Positions 1-8,283 of a DNA stretch of 32,000 bases are shown piece by piece; position 1 is the first letter of the stretch, and each line of letters begins with the position of its first letter. Position numbers and translations under genes: made by a program. The notes below the pieces were generated by a model, which made no database searches, was not told where the DNA came from, and saw only the letters and a program-made list of their open reading frames with translations. Source of the DNA: Nanoarchaeum equitans Kin4-M (GTDB taxonomy: Archaea > Nanobdellota > Nanobdellia > Nanobdellales > Nanoarchaeaceae); the NCBI GenBank assembly GCA_000008085.1, contig AE017199.1:240001-272000 (forward strand), in the 5' to 3' direction.

Positions 1-1066
1 CATTTACCCTTAATATTATATTGTTATTATTAAGAAGCTCTGCTATTGATTTTGTATCTAATATAGGATTAAACATATTTATCCAATTGTCTGTAGTAGT
101 GGTAGAGATATCGGAGATTGTATTATTCTCGCATGTATAATTTAGGTAAACCATGTCCTTATTATTGTATTTAAATGTGACAGTGTAGTTATTCTCCACA
201 TAGCTTATTGATATATTAAAAGCGCTAATATGCCAATCTAGAGAAGTTTTTGCTGTTATATTAATAGTTTCTAACTTACATGGCACAAGCAAACCATCTT
301 TGGTATATGTTATATCAGTTATATTTGTATCACATTTAAATTTATCTATAAACAAAGTGCTTTTCAGTTTAACCAAATCTTCATACAATTTGCTGCTATT
401 ATCTATTAATTGTTGATAATTTTTAGATAGTTTGACTAATTCTTCTGTTCTCTTTTTTTCCCATTCTATAGATTTACTAATGCCTTTCGATACACAATCG
501 ATAGCGCTTTCTATTGCTGATACGATGCTGTCCGTTGATGCCATGGTATTCCCAGCAACAGAACAATCAACGGATGGAATATTCCCTTCTATGTTAATTA
601 ATTTCCCTAAAGAACCCAAATTATTAAGTCTTTCTCTTATTTTTCTTTGGGTTTCATTTAAATAATCTCTTATTTCCCTAACTGGGGATAAAACTAAATT
701 TGCTATCCTATATTTTAATGCTAAAGCCTTTTGTTCGCCTTGCGATAGTATATCACATACACTAGACAAAAACTGTGAAACCCCTTTTAATGGGTTATTT
801 GATTCTATAAAGGATTCTACCAATTTAGTATTTGATACAACTCCTGATTTTTTCAAGAAGTTTAGTAAATAATCCAAATCTTTGAATTTATCATCTTTTT
901 TCGGCAATTCACAAAAACTTTTATAGGTTTGTAATGCTATATGTTCTTCTTCTCCCGTAGCAGTATTTTTTACTTTCCAAACACAACAGCCATAGCTATC
1001 GGAAATAGCAATAGGAATAGAATTTAGCAATAATAAACTTAATAGTAGTGTAAACCTTGTTTTCAC
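1..1066 (-). CDS. Partial secreted protein (3' end outside window), N-terminal signal peptide and central helical/coiled-coil region
   Basis: Not in the supplied track. Manual minus-strand translation from GTG at 1066 is open through position 1 (355 codons): MKTRFTLLLSLLLLNSIPIAISDSYGCCVWKVKNTATGEEEHIALQTYKSF...ERLNNLGSLGKLINIEGN...NTTDNW-like N-x-T/S-rich C-terminal part. Signal-peptide-like start. Confidence 0.8.
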   Translation of the reverse strand, partial: MKTRFTLLLSLLLLNSIPIAISDSYGCCVWKVKNTATGEEEHIALQTYKSFCELPKKDDKFKDLDYLLNFLKKSGVVSNTKLVESFIESNNPLKGVSQFLSSVCDILSQGEQKALALKYRIANLVLSPVREIRDYLNETQRKIRERLNNLGSLGKLINIEGNIPSVDCSVAGNTMASTDSIVSAIESAIDCVSKGISKSIEWEKKRTEELVKLSKNYQQLIDNSSKLYEDLVKLKSTLFIDKFKCDTNITDITYTKDGLLVPCKLETINITAKTSLDWHISAFNISISYVENNYTVTFKYNNKDMVYLNYTCENNTISDISTTTTDNWINMFNPILDTKSIAELLNNNNIILRVN

Positions 1067-1104
1067 TAATATATTGGATAGATAGCTTTTAATCTCTTTT
1101 GTCG

Positions 1105-1692
1105 CTACGACAAAGTGAATAAAACTTTAATTTTCCCTATGTGGCTTTTTAAATATATGCTTTCACTATAAATGGGCCAAGTTTTATAACCATTTTTGTA
1201 TTGGTAACCCCATACAGAGCCATTTAGATAATGTATTTTTATATAATCGTCATAAACTAAAGCACAACCATTGTTTGCATACCATTTATTGTCTATTATA
1301 TCCCCAGAAGTCGCATTTATAAAGTGTGCTTCTATTATTGTCTCTGTATTAGTGCATACTTTTTTGTAATTTCCTATATCGAAATATAGGCATTTATAAC
1401 ATGTAGGGCTTTTACCTGTGGGGACTTCTTTTATCTCATAATAAACATAAATAGTATTATTAAGGCATTGGATTGTAAAGCTATTATTAGTTAAATTGTT
1501 ATAAATGCTATCCCAATTAAAATTGTTATTGCTTAGAAATTTGTATAAACAATAGCGATAAACCATTTTATTGGCAAAATCGTAGCTTTCCAAATAGGCA
1601 CTATAGATATCGTTATAAATATAATGAGTATAGATCATTGAAAGCATAGTGATAAACAAAGAAGAAGAGACTAATAGATCAAACCAGTTCAT
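1105..1692 (-). CDS. Hypothetical membrane-anchored protein with single N-terminal hydrophobic helix, possibly pilin-like/minor pilus component
   Basis: ORF MNWFDLLVSSSLFITMLSMIYTHYIYND..., Cys-containing extracellular-type domain; start overlaps the stop of the upstream T2SF gene (ATGA at 1689-1692). Confidence 0.7.
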   Translation of the reverse strand: MNWFDLLVSSSLFITMLSMIYTHYIYNDIYSAYLESYDFANKMVYRYCLYKFLSNNNFNWDSIYNNLTNNSFTIQCLNNTIYVYYEIKEVPTGKSPTCYKCLYFDIGNYKKVCTNTETIIEAHFINATSGDIIDNKWYANNGCALVYDDYIKIHYLNGSVWGYQYKNGYKTWPIYSESIYLKSHIGKIKVLFTLS

Positions 1693-2729
1693 GGCTTAAG
1701 TATTGTAGTACAAGTGCTTTCTCCGAAATCAGTTTTTATTTTTGCGGTAATTGGTTTGTTAACTTCTAAAGGCAATACTACTTTTCCTGCTATTGCATTA
1801 TAGATTTTATTCCCTATGGTTACTGGGCCTTGGTATGGGTTACCATCAACATATAATGATAATACCATTGTAGATTTAGATTGTTGTGACAGAGTACATT
1901 TTATCGTTGGGGGCAATACAAATAAAGTATAAGCGGTAATACCAATCAAAAACATTATTGATGCATGTTTTATTGTGTCTGCTATGTTACCCCCTACAAC
2001 AGCTGCGGCCATTATTGAGGAAGAAATAGCAAAAGATATTACCATCAAAAAAGATAGAAATTTGAAATAAGAAACATCAATACCCTTGCCTCCTATTTTT
2101 GATACTAATACTTCTGCAAATATTGGTTTTATTATTACTGCTATTGCTACTAAAATTAGAAATATCATATAAATTACGAAAACCTTGCTTTTTACTTGGG
2201 ATATTATATCTTTATACATTTCAGAGGTTTTCTCTATGTTTTCTGCTAGTAATCTTAAAGTTTTAACTATATCTCCCCCACTTTTATATATTTCTAATAA
2301 TATTTCGTTTGCCCTCCTAATTGCAGGACTAAAATAGAAATATTTATTAAACCTTTCCATAGCTTTTGGGAATGGTATTCCCCAGCTAAGCCATATAACT
2401 AGTTTTCTTAAATATTTGTTTAATGCTCCATAATCTGCATTAGCTGTTAGCTTTAGAGCATAAATTAATGATATACCAGAAGAAACGCTTTCGGCTAAAT
2501 CTCTTAAAAATGATGGGTACACAGATTCTAAAGCTTTCTGTTCTCTAGCAATCATATATTGGTATACCATGTAAGGAGCTAAGCCCAAAACTATAGATAG
2601 TGTAGCTATTAGAAGTATATAAGATACGTCTTTGAACAATAGGTTTCCTAAGAAAAGGAATCCTAAATATAAAACTAGTATAGATAATAATATACCTAAG
2701 CCTATCGCTATATATTGATATTGCCTCAT
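1689..2729 (-). CDS. Type II secretion system F/TadC (FlaJ)-family membrane protein, C-terminal half-like, with C-terminal extracellular-type extension
   Basis: 346 aa; hydrophobic helices flank 'YPSFLRDLAESVSSGISLIYALKLTA...FNKYFYFSPAIRRANEILLEIYKSGGDIVKTLRLLAENIEKTSEMYKDI', typical of T2SSF cytoplasmic domains. Confidence 0.75.
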   Translation of the reverse strand: MRQYQYIAIGLGILLSILVLYLGFLFLGNLLFKDVSYILLIATLSIVLGLAPYMVYQYMIAREQKALESVYPSFLRDLAESVSSGISLIYALKLTANADYGALNKYLRKLVIWLSWGIPFPKAMERFNKYFYFSPAIRRANEILLEIYKSGGDIVKTLRLLAENIEKTSEMYKDIISQVKSKVFVIYMIFLILVAIAVIIKPIFAEVLVSKIGGKGIDVSYFKFLSFLMVISFAISSSIMAAAVVGGNIADTIKHASIMFLIGITAYTLFVLPPTIKCTLSQQSKSTMVLSLYVDGNPYQGPVTIGNKIYNAIAGKVVLPLEVNKPITAKIKTDFGESTCTTILKP

Positions 2730-3607
2730 ATTGGTAACATAGATTTAATCATAAAAGCTAATCCAATACTTACTATTGGTATTACTAATCCTAATAATAA
2801 TATATGCATCACCTTTATTGCTTCGATATCGCCACCCATACCTCCCATAATAAGGCTTAATATTATCATAAAAAATCCTCCGACTATTACCAAGGTTAGA
2901 TACATCTCTACTACCATCATTAATAGATCTCCAAATTGTTGGACTTTCCTTCTTAATTCCCTACTATATAGATCGGACATTCTATATAGATATTCACTTA
3001 AGTCTCCCCCGCTTTCTAGTATAGTTTTTAAGCCTATTAATAGTTCGGCCCATTGTTTTGAAGGACTATATTTGGCTTTTTTGTCTAATGCCCTTAATAA
3101 GTCTTGCCCAAGCACATCTACCATTTCTACTATATCTTTTGCCTCTTGTCTTATTTCTCCGAAATCTGGCATCCTAGAGAGAAACCTAAATATAGCTATT
3201 GGAGGCGCCCCGGTATTGGCTATTGTAGCCATGTATAGAGTGGCATAAGGTAGGTTTTTTTCGATAGAAGCTTTTCTTTGGGGTATTCTTATAGAAGGGT
3301 ATATGGTATAAAAAAGCAAAATCAAATGAAATATTATTAAAAACAAGATTATTGTGATTAGTATTATTATTGTGGTATTTTGCAAAATAGATATTTTAAA
3401 TAGGTTTGCTAAAAAACAAATTAATATGCCAATTAATATAGAAGTGGGCAAAGCAATTAATAATCCAACAGTTACCGCTTGGGCAGCATATTCATAGCTA
3501 GTTAAAGGAATAGCCGCTTTTTTTAAGTCTTTGTCTAAATCTTTGAATAGAGTATAATATAGATCAACCAAAAAACCTAAATATTTTATGCCAATCTCGT
3601 ATAACAC
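2726..3607 (-). CDS. Type II secretion system F/TadC (FlaJ)-family membrane protein, N-terminal half-like
   Basis: 293 aa; 'EKNLPYATLYMATIANTGAPPIAIFRFLSRMPDFGEIRQEAKDIVEMVDVLGQDLLRALDKKAKYSPSKQWAELLIGLKTILESGGDLSEYLYRMSDLY' matches the T2SSF-type pattern of archaeal FlaJ/TadC proteins. Confidence 0.8.
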   Translation of the reverse strand: MLYEIGIKYLGFLVDLYYTLFKDLDKDLKKAAIPLTSYEYAAQAVTVGLLIALPTSILIGILICFLANLFKISILQNTTIIILITIILFLIIFHLILLFYTIYPSIRIPQRKASIEKNLPYATLYMATIANTGAPPIAIFRFLSRMPDFGEIRQEAKDIVEMVDVLGQDLLRALDKKAKYSPSKQWAELLIGLKTILESGGDLSEYLYRMSDLYSRELRRKVQQFGDLLMMVVEMYLTLVIVGGFFMIILSLIMGGMGGDIEAIKVMHILLLGLVIPIVSIGLAFMIKSMLPI

Positions 3608-3649
3608 AGTTTAGATTTTGGCATTGCTATAATAATAAAAAGGACTACC

Positions 3650-4840
3650 TTATAGTTTATATTCGTTACCCCCTTTTAGGTAGCCATATCCTATTATTCT
3701 CCATCTCCCATTTATTTTGCCAGCTAAAACTATTCTATCATTTTCATTTAATACTAATGGTTTGGACAATTTTAGATACAATCTATCTTTTTTTGACTCT
3801 ATCACTAATGCTGGGCTTATTATGGATAAACCCCCAACCAGAAGTTTGTCTCCTTTTTTAGGAGGGTTAACCTTTTCTTCTGTGCCAACAGCTTTTTCGA
3901 ATAAAGAGTATTCTATTTCTATTTTATCCCACATTGGAGGTAATTTATCGGGGTAACCAACTACTTGGCCTGCCAAATTATCTTCTCTAGTTAAAAAAGG
4001 ATCTAAAGTTGTGCCTATAGCTAATGTGCCTCTAGGTAAAGCAGTATCAACAAAATAGTTACCTTGTCTAATAGAAGTTATTTCTGTATAAATAGGTTGC
4101 CATTTGTTTTCTATCTTTATACCAGGCCTAATCTCTATTTCGTCCCCCACTTTTAGTTTACCCTGTTTGAGAGAACCACCTAAGACACCTCCAACTAATT
4201 TTTTTGGATCTGTTCCTGGTTTGTTTACATCAAAACTTCTCGCTACAACCATCAATGGGTCTTTGTTTTCCTCTTTTTTGGGTAATGGTATTTTTGTCAA
4301 ATAATATAACAAAGCATCGATATTTACATTATGTATAGCAGATATAGGAATTATATAGGTATCTATTAGTTTTTTTATTTCTTCGTAATTTTTTATTGCC
4401 TGTTCTTTAGTTACTAAATCGATTTTGTTTTGAGCAACAATGAAATGCTTTATTCCCATTATCTCTGCAGCTTTTAGATGTTCTATTGTTTGAGGCATAA
4501 TCCCTTCGTTAGCAGCAACTACTAATACTGCTGCATCTACTAATGCTGCTCCAGAAAGCATTACCATTATTAAACTTTCATGCCCCGGAGCATCAACTAA
4601 AGAGATTTTCCTTATTTCTTCACAACCTTCACATGGTTGAGTAGTATAAGCTTCATATCCCTCTTTTGTTGGGTCTTTATATATAGAAAAATCTATATAA
4701 CCCAACCTAATTGTTATACCTTTTTGTTGCTCTTCTTTATAAGTGTCGAGCCATTTTCCAGTTAATGCTTTAGCTAAAGTGGTTTTACCATGGTCTACAT
4801 GTCCTATGAATATTATAGACAAATCAGGATATATTTTCAT
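3650..4840 (-). CDS. eif2g: Translation initiation factor aIF2 subunit gamma
   Basis: GTPase motifs GHVDHGKTT, KGITIRLGYIDFSI, DAPGHESL, NKIDLV, plus VVGYPDKLPP and C-terminal beta-barrel domains; 396 aa. Confidence 0.95.
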   Translation of the reverse strand: MKIYPDLSIIFIGHVDHGKTTLAKALTGKWLDTYKEEQQKGITIRLGYIDFSIYKDPTKEGYEAYTTQPCEGCEEIRKISLVDAPGHESLIMVMLSGAALVDAAVLVVAANEGIMPQTIEHLKAAEIMGIKHFIVAQNKIDLVTKEQAIKNYEEIKKLIDTYIIPISAIHNVNIDALLYYLTKIPLPKKEENKDPLMVVARSFDVNKPGTDPKKLVGGVLGGSLKQGKLKVGDEIEIRPGIKIENKWQPIYTEITSIRQGNYFVDTALPRGTLAIGTTLDPFLTREDNLAGQVVGYPDKLPPMWDKIEIEYSLFEKAVGTEEKVNPPKKGDKLLVGGLSIISPALVIESKKDRLYLKLSKPLVLNENDRIVLAGKINGRWRIIGYGYLKGGNEYKL

Positions 4841-4854
4841 TTATTAAGTGAAAG

Positions 4855-5958
4855 CTATTGGTTTATAAAATTTTTCAGCTTTTCTTTTAGCATTAAATAT
4901 TGCTTAGTATATTCTATTAGCTCTTTTACAGTATTAGCATTTGCAATTTTTTCTTTTAATTCTTTTAGTTGCTCTATATACAAATAGGGGCTTTCCTCCC
5001 CTTCTAACAAATATAGTATTTCTAATATTTGATAATCCTCGTCTTTATTTTCTATTTTTACACTATCTAAAATAATGTCGATCTTCGCTATTAGGTATTG
5101 CTTTATTAATTCAATAGCTTTCCTTTTTAATTCAATATTATTGGGATTTTTCATTAATTCATTAGCTATAAATCTAAGTTGGGTTATAATAGAGCTAAGC
5201 CTTTCTTTTGGGCTTATATATTTAGAAAAATAATCTTTAGCCCACTCTATTAGGGATTGTTTATTGCCATAACAACTATTGATAATTTCGTTTTTTATAA
5301 AATCTTTGTTATCTGTTTTCAAACTGGCTAACCAATAGACTATTTTTTCATAATCGTTAGTTTCTATAACCTTTTTGGCAATATCTTTTGGATCAAATAA
5401 ATTAAGGTTAAACTCTAAAGGTAATAAAGCGAAAGCCAATTCAAAATTACCTTCATTAATGGCTTTTTTGATACAATCTAATTTAAAGAAATCTTTATAT
5501 TTTAATAGTAATTGCTTAACATTTTCATCAATTATTGGCTCTATCGTAAAATAAGGCATTAACTTTTGCAATATTTGGTTTGTGTTTATTTCTGTTTTTT
5601 GTGTTTTTTGTTCTGGTTGGGCTTTGTTAATTATTTGTCTTAAGTATTTCAAAAATGCTATGAAATTTTCTTCATTTGGATTTGTTTTTAGTTTGTTAAA
5701 CAAGGTCTCTAATTGGTTAGCTTCATTAGATAAACCTTGTTTAATTAATTCTTGTTTTATTAAAGGCATATAGCTTTCCAAGTTTTTAACTACCATTGGA
5801 ATATATTGTTTGATTTGTTCTTTTTGCGATTGTGGAAGTTTATCCCACATTTGTAAGAATTGGTCAAATTGTGTTATCGCTTGTTTTACATCTATATTAG
5901 TTATAGGGAAAGCAAAAGCTGTAGAGACCAGCAATAAGGATAGGAAAACTTTTTTCAT
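4855..5958 (-). CDS. Secreted hypothetical helical protein
   Basis: N-terminal signal peptide MKKVFLSLLLVSTAFAFP; 367 aa; TATA-like 'tttataaaaa' (minus strand) upstream in the tRNA-Thr gap. Confidence 0.75.
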   Translation of the reverse strand: MKKVFLSLLLVSTAFAFPITNIDVKQAITQFDQFLQMWDKLPQSQKEQIKQYIPMVVKNLESYMPLIKQELIKQGLSNEANQLETLFNKLKTNPNEENFIAFLKYLRQIINKAQPEQKTQKTEINTNQILQKLMPYFTIEPIIDENVKQLLLKYKDFFKLDCIKKAINEGNFELAFALLPLEFNLNLFDPKDIAKKVIETNDYEKIVYWLASLKTDNKDFIKNEIINSCYGNKQSLIEWAKDYFSKYISPKERLSSIITQLRFIANELMKNPNNIELKRKAIELIKQYLIAKIDIILDSVKIENKDEDYQILEILYLLEGEESPYLYIEQLKELKEKIANANTVKELIEYTKQYLMLKEKLKNFINQ

Positions 5959-5991
5959 GCTATATCTATAGAATAGTTTTTATAAATATGA

Positions 5992-6062
5992 GCCGCCGGC
6001 GGGATTCGAACCCGCGACCTGCGGCTTACGAGGCCGCCGCTCTACCACTAAGCTACGGCGGC
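5992..6062 (-). tRNA. tRNA-Thr (anticodon CGT)
   Basis: Reverse complement folds as GCCGCCG...GCGGC CTCGTAA GCCGC...GCGGG TTCGAAT CCCGC CGGCGGC; no intron and no encoded CCA. Confidence 0.96.
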
Positions 6063-6080
6063 TTATGCTTATAAAACAAA

Positions 6081-6090
6081 TATTTAAATT
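6081..6090. promoter_or_regulatory. Shared AT-rich/TATA-like element for divergent tRNA-Thr (minus) and the 6109 ORF (plus)
   Basis: 'tatttaaatt' lies at -19 to -28 from mature tRNA-Thr G1 and at -19 to -28 from the GTG start at 6109. Confidence 0.55.
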
Positions 6091-6108
6091 TTTATCGCTA
6101 AACTATTT

Positions 6109-6651
6109 GTGATAGTTGATGCAATAATGTATCTAAAACAACAGGGTTTTTATGTCCTAATAGTGGGAATATTCGTTTATGCTATTACGGATTATGTTTT
6201 GTCTAAAATTATGAAAGATAACCCAGCGAAAGGGTTAATATCCTTATCTGCAGCTTTAATAGTTATTACTTTTGGCAAATTTATAGAATTAGTAGAGCAA
6301 TTAGTAGCTTGGTATATTAGTTTTATAGTAATAGTATTTTTGTTTTTAGTCGCTGTCGCCACAGTTGGGGGGGAAGATTGGTTAAAAAAATTGGAAGAAT
6401 TTGCAAAAACTGACAAAAACTTTAACCAAGCTATACTTGGGGTAGGTATATTAATATTTATATTCGCTGCTGCGAGAGTATTCTCTGAATCTTTGTTTGG
6501 TCCATCCGATATAGAGAATATTACAGATCCAACGGCATTGGCCATGGCAGTAATTAGAAATCCTAACATATTAGCAGTATTTGCATTTTTCTTTGCTTTG
6601 GTAGGAGCAGTTTTTGTTGTTAACGGTATACAACCTAACCAAAAGAGATAA
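6109..6651 (+). CDS. Hypothetical multi-pass membrane protein
   Basis: 180 aa with several hydrophobic helices; GTG start; last base of the stop overlaps the ATG of the next ORF. Confidence 0.7.
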   Translation: MIVDAIMYLKQQGFYVLIVGIFVYAITDYVLSKIMKDNPAKGLISLSAALIVITFGKFIELVEQLVAWYISFIVIVFLFLVAVATVGGEDWLKKLEEFAKTDKNFNQAILGVGILIFIFAAARVFSESLFGPSDIENITDPTALAMAVIRNPNILAVFAFFFALVGAVFVVNGIQPNQKR

Positions 6652-7775
6652 TGTTCGAGCAATATTGGAACAAAAAATTTAGAAAATATAAATTTCCTGG
6701 CTTAAAAACTAAAGCAGCAAAACAATTAAAAAAAGATTATGATTTGTTGTTTAATTTTATATTAAAAACAAAAGATTTCGTTTTGGCCTTATATAATAGT
6801 TATAACTTTTTATCCGAATATAATTCTAAAATTATTGGTTTAACCAATACCCATGATAAATTAATCGAATTAGATAAAAAGTTAGAGGGATTAATCGGGG
6901 AAGGAGAGGCTTTAATAGATAATTGGTTGCAAAACTCAAACCCCTCTTATATAGAGATGTCTTTTAAACAAGAAATTGGAAGCTGGGAACAAATTTTAAT
7001 ATATTACAAAAATTTAGCCAACTATTATATAAAAGAAGAGCGCAATCTTAATAACCAATCATTAAATAATTTGAAAAGGCTGAGAAATTCGATAAAAAAA
7101 TTATTAGATATCATTACAAACGAATATAAACATTTAGTAAAGCTTGGTTTTATTGACAAATCTTTTTTAGCTAGTTGGGACTATTATAGAAAAGCACTAT
7201 TGCCCGACTATTACATGGCCAAATATATAGAAATTAAAATTGGAATATTAAACAAAATAAATTTCAAAAAAGCTGTCAAATCCAATTATTACGAGATACC
7301 AACATTGTTAGGCCAATATTTAGCCACATTAATAGAGTATTTGGTCGCTAAAAGTACAAACCATAAAAATTACATATCACAAAAAGCCATAGAAGTTGAA
7401 ACCTTTAAGAATAGTTATAAAACTATAAAGGAAATAATGGGAAGACAAAGAAACATAATTAAAATCGCAAAAAACATTTGTTATTCAAAAATGAATAGTA
7501 CAGAGATAATTTTAAAAGAGAATGCCGATGCGTTAACTAAAGCGAAGGAAAGACTAATAATGAAACAGGCTTTTACTCAATTATATCAATTGTTAACTGA
7601 AGTGGAAAGGTATATGGATTACATAGAGGAAAATATTCCTGATTATACTAATAAATTCCTAGAATGGGCAAACAAAGCTGTTTTATATTATGACCAATAT
7701 GTAGAAAGGCTAACAGAGACAAGAGATTATATAAGTGTTAAAATAGAGAAGCTTTTAGAAAAATTGGCTCAATAG
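6651..7775 (+). CDS. Hypothetical helical/coiled-coil protein
   Basis: 374-aa ORF, Lys/Glu/Tyr-rich helical composition, translationally coupled (TAATG) to the upstream membrane protein. Confidence 0.7.
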   Translation: MFEQYWNKKFRKYKFPGLKTKAAKQLKKDYDLLFNFILKTKDFVLALYNSYNFLSEYNSKIIGLTNTHDKLIELDKKLEGLIGEGEALIDNWLQNSNPSYIEMSFKQEIGSWEQILIYYKNLANYYIKEERNLNNQSLNNLKRLRNSIKKLLDIITNEYKHLVKLGFIDKSFLASWDYYRKALLPDYYMAKYIEIKIGILNKINFKKAVKSNYYEIPTLLGQYLATLIEYLVAKSTNHKNYISQKAIEVETFKNSYKTIKEIMGRQRNIIKIAKNICYSKMNSTEIILKENADALTKAKERLIMKQAFTQLYQLLTEVERYMDYIEENIPDYTNKFLEWANKAVLYYDQYVERLTETRDYISVKIEKLLEKLAQ

Positions 7776-8158
7776 ACATAAGCTATTAATACTCCCCCAA
7801 TTTTTTGTTCTTTTGCTTCCCTATTTGTGATTAAACCTTTAGAGGTAGATAAGATAAGCCTACCAAAGTTTAATGCTGGTAAATATCTTTTTTCGTATTT
7901 TTCCAATTCACTATACTCTACTGGAAACCTTGGTTTGATTGCATTTGCTTCATTGAAATATTCACTTAACTCTATTTCAATTATTTTACCGCGAGAACTA
8001 TCAACAAGTCTATAATTTTTTATATAGCCTTCTCTTTTCATTATCTCTACTAATTTTATTATTAGATTAGATACTGGGAAAAATGCTGTTTTGTCTTCTC
8101 CTTTTCTTCTTACATTAGTTAAATGAGATAGGAAATCTGCAACTATATCGCGTGCCAT
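7769..8158 (-). CDS. rps8: 30S ribosomal protein S8 (uS8)
   Basis: 129 aa: 'DIVADFLSHLTNVRRKGEDKTAFFPVSNLIIKLVEIMKREGYIKNYRLVD...LPALNFGRLILSTSKGLITNREAKEQKIGGVLIAYVY'. Confidence 0.93.
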   Translation of the reverse strand: MARDIVADFLSHLTNVRRKGEDKTAFFPVSNLIIKLVEIMKREGYIKNYRLVDSSRGKIIEIELSEYFNEANAIKPRFPVEYSELEKYEKRYLPALNFGRLILSTSKGLITNREAKEQKIGGVLIAYVY

Positions 8159-8185
8159 TGGTTTTGGTTGACAAAGAATTTTAAA

Positions 8186-8236
8186 AATCTGTTAATGTTT
8201 GTCATCATTAATCAGAAGCGTAATCCCTCTTCATTT
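8186..8236 (-). ncRNA. Candidate C/D-box guide sRNA
   Basis: Minus strand: ATGAAGA (C-like, 8234-8228), GGGATTACGCTT (12 nt), CTGA (D', 8215-8212), TTA, ATGATGA (C', 8208-8202), CAAACATTAA (10 nt), CAGA (D-like, 8191-8188). Lies in the S8-TFB intergenic gap. Confidence 0.55.
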
Positions 8237-8253
8237 ATATATCTTAATAAAAA

Positions 8254-8263
8254 TTTTTAAATA
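8254..8263. promoter_or_regulatory. TATA-like element upstream of TFB (and possibly, divergently, of the C/D sRNA candidate)
   Basis: 'tttttaaata' at -21 to -30 from the TFB ATG at 8284; its centre is also about 24 nt from the C-like box at 8234. Confidence 0.5.
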
Positions 8264-8283
8264 GATTCGATCAAAATTTATAA

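Noticed and set aside
432-665. 77-aa plus-strand ORF
   Set aside because: It is antisense to the long open minus-strand signal-peptide ORF, which explains the region better.
2715-3248. 177-aa plus-strand ORF antisense to the T2SF gene
   Set aside because: The opposite strand has coherent TM/T2SSF sequence with ATGA coupling. The plus-strand peptide (Ile/Asn/Pro-rich) looks like mirror coding.
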